From Candidatus Cloacimonadota bacterium (GTDB lineage: Bacteria > Cloacimonadota > Cloacimonadia > Cloacimonadales > Cloacimonadaceae), in NCBI GenBank assembly GCA_020532545.1, contig JAJBAW010000006.1, positions 1,025 to 65,024 of the forward strand: a stretch of 64,000 nt of DNA, read 5' to 3'. Within the stretch, counting starts at the first letter, position 1, and each line of letters starts with the position of its first letter. The position numbers were made by a program, and so were the translations under genes. Of the stretch, positions 26,978 through 38,800 are shown in pieces. The notes beneath the pieces are model-generated. The model made no database searches. It was not told the origin of the DNA and was given only the letters and a program-made list of their open reading frames with translations.

Positions 26978-29539
26978 ATGAAGCACTATACTTTACTTAT
27001 TCTGTTTGTCCTCACGCTCTGGACCCTTACAGCCCTAGAGGTCAGCGGCGCACAATCCGGCACCTGGACTCCAGATAACAATCCTTATCAAATCGTGGGT
27101 GATATCACCGTTCCAGCAAATTCCGTGCTTACCATCCAGCCCGGAGTGATTGTTCAGGCCATGGGAAACTTCCAAATCAATACCGAAGGCAGCATCCAGG
27201 CTGTGGGCACTGAAACAGACAGCATTTTCTTTATGAATGCCCAGACTCCTCCTACCGCCACCTGGAAAGGCCTTCGCCTGGATAGTCAAGCTACACTCAG
27301 CAATTTCAAATACTGCTATGTTGAGTATGCGACTGATGGCATAAGCGCTGTGGATGCTCCCGTGGAGATCAGCTACTGCCGTTTTAACCGCAACAAATGT
27401 GGCTTAAAGCTTTACGGGATAGGAAATCTTGATCCTGCAGTAATGAACGTACATCATAACCTGGTAGAATACTCTATCAACAACGGCATTCTGATCCCGC
27501 AAAACAGCAATGCCTGGATACATCATAACGAAGTGCGCTTCAACGGCACCGGCACCCAGTATTATGGTGCCATTCAACTTTCGAATCAGTCCGCCAACGG
27601 ACAGAACAACCCCATCATCGAGCATAACAATGTACATCATAACTTCAAACAAGGCATCACAGCCTGGGACGTGACCGGGGGATCGGCTATCAACCCCATC
27701 ATCAGATTCAACCATATCGAAGCCAACCTCACCGGCATCTATCTTTTGTACGCCAGCGGGATCGTGCACGATAACCTGATTATCAACAACTTCATCGCCG
27801 GCGATATGAATAGCGGAGCAGGAATGATGATCGGCGGAGCTACTTCAGTGCCTCATATAGCGCGCAATACCCTTACCGGTAACTACACAGGGTTTTACAT
27901 CACCGCAAACGCCATGCCGGTACTGGGAGATTTATCCGAAAACCATGCCTGGGCCTTTGGTGAAAACATCATCCGTGACAATATCGATGCTACCAATGTC
28001 CTGAACTCCGTGGTTTGCGACGCCTATCCCCTCAACACAAATACCATCAAGGCAGAAAACAACGATTGGGGAGCATATACCGCAGCAGAAATCGCCATCG
28101 GCATCAGAGATCAGAACGACAATCCGGCTTTGCCCACGGTGGATTTTGAGCCCTGGTTTGCAGAGCAGACGCCTCTGACAATATCCGGCTCATATAGCTG
28201 GAACATGGATGATTACGCAGTGCTGGCGCCCGGTGAATTGCAAGTGCTCCTGGTGGCCGCAGACAGCCGCGAAATCCTGGAAACACATGTCCTGCAGAGC
28301 AATCCCTTTTCCTTCGAAACTGAGGTGACGGAGCCTTTCTTTGCGTTGATCTCTGCTGTGGATGAGACAAGAGAGATTTGGGCTGCTGCAGGCGGTTTAC
28401 AGAATTGCACAACATTCGATCCTGCAGATGCCGCAGACATCGCTGTGGGCGTGATCCACATCGCTGCCTGGCAGCACTATGATATGGAAACCAAAGGCGA
28501 AACCGAGCTCATTGAAGGCTACGAAATGTGGCCGGTGTATTATAGCTTCCTGATCTTCCCTTACGATAGAGTGGACTACTTCTATGATGAAGGTGATAGC
28601 CGCTATATCTACAAACATGAATATAACGATGGCGAAGAGTGGCATACAGTCAATTTGGGGCTCCATCAACACTATGCCAAAATTGCCAATATTGAATATG
28701 CCGACCAGTGGGCGCAGACTTGCGTTGAAAACGGCCAGATCACACAAAACATGGTAATGTGTTTGATCGATGACAATGGCCGCAAGCTGATTAAAACATC
28801 GTCATTAAGCGATGATATCCTGAAAAGCCAACGCTTTACAGATTTGAATAGTGATCTGATCTATCTTTATGATGGACAGGGATTTTCTGATCGTTATCTG
28901 GAAGTGCTGCAGGAAGATGACAACACCTGGATCAAATATCACAAACCCAATATCACTCATCCGCATGAGTTGTCTCTCAGAGTAGGGCATCAGTATCCCG
29001 AACAGGCTTTCGCCATGCACTTTTGGTGGCAGGCACCAGCGTATGAGGCTTCTGCTTACAACGCTTATCGCCTCTACATGCAGCACACCGGTCATGAAGC
29101 TCAGTTGATTGCTACCGTTACTTTTGCATACGGTCCAGTGCATTACGAGGATTTCCTTACCGGCTCTGGCCCAGTGGAATTTTGGGTAGTAGCCACCGAT
29201 GGCACTATCGAATCTGCGCCCAGCAATGTCATTAATTTCGAATTCCCCATCAGTAATGAAGACCTGGTGCAAACGCCCCAGCTCAATATCTATCCCAATC
29301 CCGTGAGATTGGGCCAAGGCAATACTTTGAAGATAGAAACCAAAGGCCTTTTGGAGCCTTGCCTCAAGATTTACAATATCCGCGGTCAGCAGATCTTCAG
29401 CCAGAAACAAGCCACCAAAGACTTTGAATGGCCGGGGCAGGATCGCACAGGGCAAACCGTGGGCAGTGGCATCTATATGCTGCGTCTGGAAAGCAGCAAC
29501 CAGGCTCCCATCAATCGCAAGATAATGGTTATCAAATAG
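26978..29539 (+). CDS. secreted right-handed beta-helix repeat protein with a T9SS C-terminal sorting domain
   Basis: 853 aa with a signal peptide. It has repeated HHN/NN-turn beta-helix repeats (HHNLVEYSINNGI, HHNEVRFNGTG, HNNVHHNFKQGI). The C-terminus is IYPNPV...IYNIRGQQI...GIYMLRLESS...KIMVIK. Confidence 0.85.
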   Translation: MKHYTLLILFVLTLWTLTALEVSGAQSGTWTPDNNPYQIVGDITVPANSVLTIQPGVIVQAMGNFQINTEGSIQAVGTETDSIFFMNAQTPPTATWKGLRLDSQATLSNFKYCYVEYATDGISAVDAPVEISYCRFNRNKCGLKLYGIGNLDPAVMNVHHNLVEYSINNGILIPQNSNAWIHHNEVRFNGTGTQYYGAIQLSNQSANGQNNPIIEHNNVHHNFKQGITAWDVTGGSAINPIIRFNHIEANLTGIYLLYASGIVHDNLIINNFIAGDMNSGAGMMIGGATSVPHIARNTLTGNYTGFYITANAMPVLGDLSENHAWAFGENIIRDNIDATNVLNSVVCDAYPLNTNTIKAENNDWGAYTAAEIAIGIRDQNDNPALPTVDFEPWFAEQTPLTISGSYSWNMDDYAVLAPGELQVLLVAADSREILETHVLQSNPFSFETEVTEPFFALISAVDETREIWAAAGGLQNCTTFDPADAADIAVGVIHIAAWQHYDMETKGETELIEGYEMWPVYYSFLIFPYDRVDYFYDEGDSRYIYKHEYNDGEEWHTVNLGLHQHYAKIANIEYADQWAQTCVENGQITQNMVMCLIDDNGRKLIKTSSLSDDILKSQRFTDLNSDLIYLYDGQGFSDRYLEVLQEDDNTWIKYHKPNITHPHELSLRVGHQYPEQAFAMHFWWQAPAYEASAYNAYRLYMQHTGHEAQLIATVTFAYGPVHYEDFLTGSGPVEFWVVATDGTIESAPSNVINFEFPISNEDLVQTPQLNIYPNPVRLGQGNTLKIETKGLLEPCLKIYNIRGQQIFSQKQATKDFEWPGQDRTGQTVGSGIYMLRLESSNQAPINRKIMVIK

Positions 29540-29547
29540 GAGATATA

Positions 29548-29988
29548 ATGAGCAAAGCAGAACTCGCCAAACAACGATACGAATCAGGATATAATTGTGC
29601 ACAGAGCGTATTCTCTGTATTCGCCGAGGATTTCGGCATGTCTCTAGAAGCCGCATTGAGGCTGTCCTCACCTTTTGGCGGCGGCATGAAGATGGCCGGT
29701 CCCTGTGGTGCGCTTACCGGAGCCTTGATGGCCTTGGGTCTGGCCCATGGATATTCAGAAACTGACGAAGAGAAAAGAGCCGAAAGCGACAGAGTGACCT
29801 TGTTGTTTCTCAAGCGTTGGAAAGTAGAGATCGGCCCCGTAGATTGCAAGACCATCCTGGGCTATGATGTGACAGACCCTGTGCAAAAAGAGGCAGCTAT
29901 AGCGGCTGGCGGATCTGGCCAGGTCTGTTCCAATTGCATCACCGAAGGTGTGGAAATCCTGGTCAGATTGCTTAAAGAACTTGCTTAA
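29548..29988 (+). CDS. C_GCAxxG_C_C family redox-active protein
   Basis: 146 aa from ATG 29548; the ORF-track start at 29428 overlaps the previous gene. The motifs are YNCAQSV and CGALTGALMALG. Confidence 0.8.
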   Translation: MSKAELAKQRYESGYNCAQSVFSVFAEDFGMSLEAALRLSSPFGGGMKMAGPCGALTGALMALGLAHGYSETDEEKRAESDRVTLLFLKRWKVEIGPVDCKTILGYDVTDPVQKEAAIAAGGSGQVCSNCITEGVEILVRLLKELA

Positions 29989-30074
29989 ATATATATAATG
30001 CACTATCTTATCTGGACAGTTTCATAGCTGCCTAGAAGGACTGTGCGACAATAACAAAAATCACAAAGGAGTAA

Positions 30075-31358
<1,284 letters not shown>

Positions 31359-31377
31359 ACAAGTCTTGCTAGATAAT

Positions 31378-31413
31378 CCGCCTCTTGCATCCTTGTGAGA
31401 GGCGGTTTTCTTT
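31378..31413 (+). terminator. intrinsic terminator after eno
   Basis: The stem is ccgcctct / agaggcgg (8 bp) with a 12-nt loop, followed by ttttcttt. Confidence 0.7.
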
Positions 31414-31462
31414 GCCTTCATAAGCGCAGAAACGGCTTTCTCAGACTGGAATTCGCATTAAT

Positions 31463-31590
31463 CTTCCCCATTCGTTGTCGTAGAGATGGCGTGGAGATAG
31501 TAGGGAATAATCCTGCTATCTCCACGTCATCTCTACGGTAGCCTATGCAGGAAGAACGCTGGAACTTGCGTGCTGGGAAGGCAAAATAAC
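31463..31590 (+). repeat. hairpin repeat family A, copy 2
   Basis: The left arm 31477-31499 pairs with the right arm 31517-31539. It has the same 5' lead ccccattcg and the 3' box gctgggaaggcaaaataac. It carries a compensatory A-T pair where copy 1 has G-C. Confidence 0.85.
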
Positions 31591-31698
31591 GCAATAATCT
31601 GCTTCTGATAAAAAACGGGGAATGTCTGTTGCTCTGATTCCTTGACAAATAAGCCCTCCTCAAAAATGCTCCAACCAAAAGCAAACGAAGGATATTGT

Positions 31699-33159
31699 AT
31701 GAAAAAGCTCTTACTTGATTTGTCGAATCTGGGTGCTCTATTTAGAGAAGCCCTTCCCGAAGAGAAGGTTGCTGCTGCCCAGACCTCTTTTTTGAAGCAG
31801 GTCTCAGAGAAAATGCACGCCTTTTACAGGGGCAAGATGCAGACCCTGCCCAAGGCCGGCATCTATGGCTTCAATTGGTTCAACGTCTGGTACACACCTG
31901 GCGTATCCAAGGTTTCCACCACCATTCGGGATCATCCTGATGCCTCTTACCGGCTTTCGAACCGGGGGAATCTGGTGGCGGTGGTTTCCGATAGCACCAG
32001 AGTTCTGGGGGATGGAGATTGCTCTCCTGCCGGTGGCCTGGGCGTGATGGAAGGCAAGGCTATGCTGATGAAGTATTTAGGTGCTTGTGATGCTATCGCA
32101 TTATGCGTGGATAATCGGAACGCTGAGGGCAAACCCGATGCCCAAAAACTCATAGATTTTGTGAAGATGCTGCAGCCCAGCGTGGGCGCTGTGAATCTAG
32201 AAGATATCTCCCAGCCGAATTGCTACCGCGTCCTGGATGAACTGCGCGAAAGCTGCGATATCCCCATCTGGCACGACGACGCTCAAGGCACTGCCTGCGT
32301 GACTCTTGCCGGTGTGATTAACGCTCTGAAACTCACTAACCGCAAGATTGGTGGCACCCGGGTCGTGCTCTATGGCTGCGGCGCTGCCAATAGCACCATC
32401 GCCAGTTTCCTCTTGCAAAGCGGCCTCGATCCCGATAAGCTGATTATCTTTGACAGCAAGGGCGGGCTGCATCTTGACCGTCAGGATATTCGCGATAATA
32501 AAGACAAATACAGGCAGTGGGCTTTGGCCGAAAAGACCAATCCTGGAAAGCTGAACACCATGGAAGAAGCCATGCAGGGAGCCGATCTCCTCATCGCTCT
32601 TTCCACTCCCGGACCAGGCACGATTCTGCCGGAATGGATCCGCCTCATGGCCAGGGATGCGATCGTTTTTGCCTGTGCCAATCCTGTTCCGGAGATCTAT
32701 CCTTATGATGCGCACAAAGCCGGAGCTCTCATCGTAGCCACCGGACGGGGCGATTTCCCGAATCAGGTGAATAACTCGGTCGGATTCCCCGGCATCCTGA
32801 AAGGCGTGCTCATGGTTCAAGCCCGTAAGATCTCTGATGGCATGGCTATAGCAGCGGCGCATTCTCTGGCGGATTTTGCCGAAAAAAGAGGCATCAATGC
32901 CCAAAGCATCATTCCCACCATGGATGAAACCGAAGTCTTTGCCCAAGTGGCTGCGGATGTAGCAGTACAAGCGATGAAAGAAGGCCTGGCCCGGGTGCAG
33001 ATGACTCACCAGGAAGTTTATGAGCAGGCTCTGAAGGAAATCACCGAAACCCGCGCCTTGTGCCAGTCTATGATGGATTCGGGACACATCCAGACACCAC
33101 CCCAAGAGCTACTCCAAGAGGCATTTGAAGCTTGTTTAGCCGAATCAAAGAGCTCCTGA
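31699..33159 (+). CDS. NAD(P)-dependent malic enzyme (short bacterial type, no PTA domain)
   Basis: 486 aa from ATG 31699. The motifs are YTPGVS, GNLVAVVSDSTRVLGDGD, VMEGKAMLMK and a Rossmann GCGAAN. Confidence 0.9.
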   Translation: MKKLLLDLSNLGALFREALPEEKVAAAQTSFLKQVSEKMHAFYRGKMQTLPKAGIYGFNWFNVWYTPGVSKVSTTIRDHPDASYRLSNRGNLVAVVSDSTRVLGDGDCSPAGGLGVMEGKAMLMKYLGACDAIALCVDNRNAEGKPDAQKLIDFVKMLQPSVGAVNLEDISQPNCYRVLDELRESCDIPIWHDDAQGTACVTLAGVINALKLTNRKIGGTRVVLYGCGAANSTIASFLLQSGLDPDKLIIFDSKGGLHLDRQDIRDNKDKYRQWALAEKTNPGKLNTMEEAMQGADLLIALSTPGPGTILPEWIRLMARDAIVFACANPVPEIYPYDAHKAGALIVATGRGDFPNQVNNSVGFPGILKGVLMVQARKISDGMAIAAAHSLADFAEKRGINAQSIIPTMDETEVFAQVAADVAVQAMKEGLARVQMTHQEVYEQALKEITETRALCQSMMDSGHIQTPPQELLQEAFEACLAESKSS

Positions 33160-34034
33160 ACCGCCAGAAATCACCGCGCTACAAGAGCCTGAGCTATATA
33201 GCCAAAGCGCTGTTTACGCTGCTGCTCCTGTATCTGATCTTCAGGCGCATCGATCTGGCTGCGGCTGTGCAAAGTGCTGCCAAGCTTTCTCTGCTCAGCA
33301 TTATAGCCGTATTTTCCATAACTGTCTTGCGGCACTATATTCAATGTAACAACTGGCGCCATGCCCTGCATCTGAATGCCGGCTACATCTGTGACCCTAG
33401 GCAGGTGCGCGATTCCTATCTTTTGGCTTTGCCGCTGCGGTTTGTGCTTCCGGGCGGCCACGGTGCCTTTGCCAAGATCTTTTACCTGAAAAATACCAGC
33501 ATTTTAGCCTCCTTTGTCGCCACCAGCGCCGAACGGCTGTTCATGAGCTGGGCAACCTGGACTTTTGCCGCCATCGCCGCCTTTTTCTTCTTTCCGGATC
33601 TCAGTATAATCCTGCGGCTTTTGTTCATCCTCATCGCCGCTTTTTTGCCGCTATGGACCGTTTTCATCATGAAGATGAACTCCTCCCTCAGACCCCATCT
33701 TCCGGCTTATGCGGTGCGGGCTCCCAAAATGATGCTTTTGCAGATCGCCAATACCCTGCTTATGTTCCTGCAATATTATATCATTCTGAATCAATTGGGG
33801 GCGATTTCAGCGATCGATACCTGGCTGGGCATGGGACTCACCAATCTCTCGAATTCCATCCCCATCACGATCTCTGGTTTGGGGCTCCGGGAAGGCTTTG
33901 CCATCCATTTCCTGCAGGCCTTTGATTTCAGCTCAGAACAGGCCGTGGCAGCCACGCTCAGCCTCTTCATATTCCATGATGTCATCCCGGCTTTGATCGG
34001 TGCGGTGGTGCTTTTCAGAACAAAACGCATATAG
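33132..34034 (+). CDS. polytopic membrane protein, UPF0104/flippase-like (LPG-synthase TM-region-like)
   Basis: 300 aa with a TTG start overlapping the malic enzyme 3' end and about 8 hydrophobic segments. The family call is tentative. Confidence 0.55.
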   Translation: MFSRIKELLNRQKSPRYKSLSYIAKALFTLLLLYLIFRRIDLAAAVQSAAKLSLLSIIAVFSITVLRHYIQCNNWRHALHLNAGYICDPRQVRDSYLLALPLRFVLPGGHGAFAKIFYLKNTSILASFVATSAERLFMSWATWTFAAIAAFFFFPDLSIILRLLFILIAAFLPLWTVFIMKMNSSLRPHLPAYAVRAPKMMLLQIANTLLMFLQYYIILNQLGAISAIDTWLGMGLTNLSNSIPITISGLGLREGFAIHFLQAFDFSSEQAVAATLSLFIFHDVIPALIGAVVLFRTKRI

Positions 34035-34122
34035 GCCAGTTCTTTCGCTTAATTGCATTTGCTGATTCTCAAATTCAGATTAACTTTTATACATAAGCCC
34101 AAATACTGCCAAGGAGGCCAAA

Positions 34123-35793
34123 ATGCTTTCTGATATTGAAATCGGACAACTTACTAAACTTAAACCCATCGATGAGATAGCCGGGAAAATAGGACTGAGT
34201 CCGCAAGACCTGGATCACTATGGTGAATACAAGGCAAAAATCCGCTATTCCGCTCTTTTTGCCAACGAAAATAACCCCCCTGGGAAACTAATTCTCGTTT
34301 CTGCCATCACCCCCACTCCCGCCGGAGAAGGTAAAACCACTGTCGCTATCGGACTCTCCCAAGCGATCAACAGGATCGGCAAAAAGTCCATAGTCGCCAT
34401 CCGCGAACCCTCTTTGGGCCCTGTGTTTGGCATCAAAGGTGGAGCCGCAGGAGGTGGCTGGTCTCAGGTGCTGCCCATGGAAGATATCAACCTGCATTTT
34501 ACCGGTGACTTCCATGCCATCACCGCTGCCAATAATACCCTGGCTGCTCTGGTGGACAATCATATTTACTTTGATAATGAACTAGGGTTAGACCCCCGCC
34601 GCATCACCTGGAAAAGGGTGGTGGATGTGAACGATCGTATGCTGCGGGACATTGTGATCGGCCTTGGTGGACGCAAACAGGGCTTCCCCAGAGAAGACGG
34701 CTTTGACATCACTGCAGCCAGTGAGATTATGGCAATCTTGTGTCTCTCCAACAATATGGATGAACTCAAAGAGCGCATCGGCAATATCACGGTAGGGCTT
34801 TCCTATACCGGAGAGCCGGTAAAGGTGCATCAATTGGGCTTTGAAGGCGCCATCACCGCTCTGCTCAAAGATGCCTTGAAACCCAATATCGTGCAAACCA
34901 CAGAAAATACCCCAGCCTTTGTGCATGGCGGGCCTTTTGCCAATATCGCCCAGGGTGCCAATAGCATCCTCGCTACCAAAACTGCCCTGCGTCTTTCAGA
35001 CTATGTAGTTACGGAAGCAGGCTTTGGTTTTGATTTGGGCGCCGAAAAGTTCTTTGATCTGGTCTGTAAGTATGGCGGTTTCTGCGTGAATGCCGTGGTG
35101 TTGGTAGCCACAGTACGGGCGCTGAAAATCCATGGCGGAGTGAGAGTAAGAGATCTAGCAGAGCCAAACCCCAAAGCAGTGAAAGATGGCCTCGTGAATC
35201 TCGCCAAGCATCTGGAAAACATCAGAAAGTTTGGTGTGAAATCCGTGGTCGCTGTTAATAAATTCCACACCGATACCGAAGAAGAGCTCAAGATCGTAGA
35301 AGACTTTGTGAAAGAATCCGGTTTTGACGTGAGCACAGTGGAGTATTTCACCAAAGGCAGCGAAGGCGGTCTGGACCTGGCTGAAAAGGTCGTAAAACTG
35401 GTGGAACATGATACCTGCCAATCGCACGGATTGTACGATTGGAACTCTTCCGTGGAAGACAAAATATTTAAAGTTGCCTCCGAAATCTATGGAGCTGAGG
35501 CGGTTGACTACACCCTCGATGCCAAAGCTGACCTGAAGAGCATCAATAAGTTCGGCTTTGATAAACTGCCGATCTGTATTGCCAAAACCCAAAAATCGCT
35601 ATCCGATAATCCCGATCTGATCGGCCGACCCAAGGACTTTTTGGTCACAGTCCGCAAGATTGTAGTCGCCAGTGGTGCGGGTTTCCTGATTCCCATCACC
35701 GGAGAAATCATGCGCATGCCCGGACTGCCTAAAAAGCCCAGTGCCAGTAACATCAGTGTGGGACACGATGGAGAGATCTCCGGTCTGCTCTAA
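34123..35793 (+). CDS. fhs: formate--tetrahydrofolate ligase
   Basis: 556 aa with the canonical FTHFS sequence (TPTPAGEGKTT...EPSLGPVFGIKGGAAGGG). Confidence 0.97.
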   Translation: MLSDIEIGQLTKLKPIDEIAGKIGLSPQDLDHYGEYKAKIRYSALFANENNPPGKLILVSAITPTPAGEGKTTVAIGLSQAINRIGKKSIVAIREPSLGPVFGIKGGAAGGGWSQVLPMEDINLHFTGDFHAITAANNTLAALVDNHIYFDNELGLDPRRITWKRVVDVNDRMLRDIVIGLGGRKQGFPREDGFDITAASEIMAILCLSNNMDELKERIGNITVGLSYTGEPVKVHQLGFEGAITALLKDALKPNIVQTTENTPAFVHGGPFANIAQGANSILATKTALRLSDYVVTEAGFGFDLGAEKFFDLVCKYGGFCVNAVVLVATVRALKIHGGVRVRDLAEPNPKAVKDGLVNLAKHLENIRKFGVKSVVAVNKFHTDTEEELKIVEDFVKESGFDVSTVEYFTKGSEGGLDLAEKVVKLVEHDTCQSHGLYDWNSSVEDKIFKVASEIYGAEAVDYTLDAKADLKSINKFGFDKLPICIAKTQKSLSDNPDLIGRPKDFLVTVRKIVVASGAGFLIPITGEIMRMPGLPKKPSASNISVGHDGEISGLL

Positions 35794-35812
35794 TCCTAAA
35801 ATCTATAATCCA

Positions 35813-35846
35813 AGAAAGGCGGGAACCATTCCCGCCTTTCTATTTT
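35813..35846. terminator. bidirectional terminator between convergent fhs and the large secreted-protein gene
   Basis: The stem is agaaaggcggga / tcccgcctttct (12 bp) with loop accat, followed by attttaa. Confidence 0.7.
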
Positions 35847-35864
35847 AACCTAATGATCTTGTGT

Positions 35865-38800
35865 TTATTTGGAAAGCACTACTTTGCGCGTGGAAGTTTT
35901 GCCTGCACTATCCATGCGGATCAGGTAAACTCCGCTGGGCAGTTTGAGATTCTGCTGATCGCTGCCATCCCATTGCAGCAGGAACTTTCCTTTGTCCCTG
36001 CTCCCGCTAAACAGAGTCTTCACCAATTGCCCACGGGCATTATAGATCTGCACTGTGGTTTGCCCACCCTTCTGCATCCCGCAAGTGATATTGACTATTG
36101 GGTTAAAGGGATTGGGGTAAGCGCTGTTGATGCCTTGAATCAAGGGAACTTCGGGGGTGGGAGCATCCGTAAAAGTCACCTTGATGTGGATGGGGCCATG
36201 ATAGTCACTTTGACCATTCAAATCGACATTCTCCAGCCAGTAATAATAGGTGCCCTCTTCGTAAATCTCTTTATCGGTAGCTATATACATCTTCATTTGG
36301 GAAGTATTTGTAGCCGGAATAAAGTGATTCAGCATTTGGGCAGTTTCTAATAAGTTCTCCGTGTTGCGGTAAATCCGGAAGCCGCTGACATTGGTTTCGG
36401 ATTGGGTTACCCACTGCAGTTTAACTTGATTGAAAGAATGTAGTGCTACGGTAAAGGAAGACAATTCCACAGGCAAAGTGCCCCCGTCGCCACGACCGAT
36501 GGTATAGGTAGCGCCAGCTCTATCGCTTTTGGTGCTGGCATTAAAAGCAGCAAAGCTTAGGGTTATCGACCGCTGGGCTCCCAGAACGTTGACAGCACTT
36601 GTTTGGTATTTGATGTCGTCAATGTAAACTGCTGCTTCAAGGGAACTCCAATCGAAGTAGCCATCATCGGTCTCATTCCAGTAAAAGGTAACAGTCTTGC
36701 TGCCTGTGTATGATCCGGAAATCACCCACTGGCGGTCAATGCGTTCGGGCTGCAAGGAAGGAGTTGTCATGGCTATCGACCAGCCGGAGATGATATTTCC
36801 GGTTTCAGGGAAATCCACGTGGTTCAAGGATTCGGAGTGATATCCGTCCACATTCGAGGCTCCGGAGATGGTGCCTGAAGTTTGGGTGAGCGTACCGGTA
36901 ACTACTGTGGCATCTGGAATGGTAACTCCAGCAGGGTTGTTTATGATCAGGTTTTTGACTTCTTGTGGAAATCCAGTGCCTGCCACCTGAGGAATGCTGC
37001 CATTGAACTCAATTGTGGAGTTTGCGCCGCTAGAGTTTGCTCCGGCAGAAAAGGCCAGTACGCCGGTAAGGGTCAAATTGCCGTTAATAACCAGGTCTGT
37101 TTCGGGACCGTCTTTTACAGTAAGGGTGATTCCCGCGGGAACGATGAGCTTTCCGCCGCTTTGGATCGTTACTTGATCTGCATCCACGCTGCTGCCCAGG
37201 GTCACGGTATCTGTGTCCATCACAGTGATGGATGAGGAGTTTCCGCTACGGGGAGCTTCTGAGGCCGCATTCCAGGTGGAGAGATCCGTGGAATATTCCC
37301 AGGTGGAAAGAGCGTCCCAATTTCCATCTGTCACCACGCTGCGGTAATGATATTCCTCAATAGAGACAATGAAGGGATCGTCCCGGCCACAAAGGCTTCT
37401 GTCGTAGGTCCTGCCTGCCGAATCCGTGGCGCGGATGGTGTATTGCAGGGATACCCCCACACCGGGAGCAGGGATGTCCACGCTCCAGGTATTGCCGGAG
37501 ACAAGGCTCAGCGGAACGGTAACCCAGGCTGTGCTTATGGAGTTGCTATCGTTCTTATAACGGTAGGACACATAAGTACCGGAAGCCTCCACCAAACTTG
37601 TGGGGGTGATATCAGCATCAATGGATACCGTACCGTTTGCATTGGCACTGCGCACAGGAATATGGTGCACAAAAAGCATGTTTTCATCAAACTTGGTGTT
37701 CACCCGGCAGTGAAAGGCATCGTCGGAAAGCCAGGCGCTATTGCTGATGTTGTTGTAATAACCTTGTACTTCGTAGCCGGGCATGGCGTTCTGGTAAGCT
37801 GCAATGGCTGCTGTGTCGTAGCTGGAGGCGGTGGAATTCCACTGCGGAACGTAAATCTTCTTGTTGAAGATGAAGGAATTGGCATAGGGCTCGTTAGCAG
37901 AGCTCTGATTAAAGCGGAATATCCGATAGGGGGTGCCGTAACTGGAGGTTTTGGACTGCCAGACGGCAACAGTTGCTTCCAAAGCAGCGTAGTTGGCATG
38001 GTTCGATGGCACGCGTGCGATCATGACTTTGTCCACATCCAGCAGCTTGGCATGGCAATCGATGTGATCGATGCTGGAATTGGCGAGCGGATCTGCATAC
38101 ATGATGTATTCTGTGACGCCAAGATATTGTTCAACCAAGTCCTCAATCTGGGACAGAGTATAGTTGTATTCAGTCACCTGAGAGTTCTGGATACCGTCGT
38201 TCTCCGTCTGGATCATTGTGGTGGACATCATCTTGCCATGACCGTCGGTCATTATATTTCCACCGGTGGCAACCAGGGGCATAGAGGAGTAGTTGATGCC
38301 AAAATAGTTGTCCAAAACAGAGTTTACAGCGTCGTCGTAAGATCGGTTACGATTGTAACGGAAATCCACAATGCCCATCTCGCCATTGGCATCGAAGATC
38401 GTCAAGGGGCCGTAATCGCGGGTCCAGTATGTATCCACACCATTACGGGCAATGTAGTTTACGTTGCTCATGTTTACACCGTTGGAGGCAAGCAGATTGC
38501 TAGCCGTTCTCTGGTTGCCGGAGGTTCCCAGCACATAGACTTTGCCACGGTTCGAGAGGTCCGCTATCATGGAATAAGGTAGGCCAAATCTGCCAGTATA
38601 GGCGATGATGACTCCTTCCCCTTGCTCCCATTCTGCCACAAAACGTGGAGTGGATGCAGGAGGGATCGGTGCCAGAGTCCGGGCACTGGTTGTCACGCCG
38701 GTTGAATATGCTATGGTCTGGGTACCATTGTTTCCCACGGACCATAACTTGTAGTAATACATAGTATCTTCATCTAAAGGAGTATGGCTGAAGCTGCTGC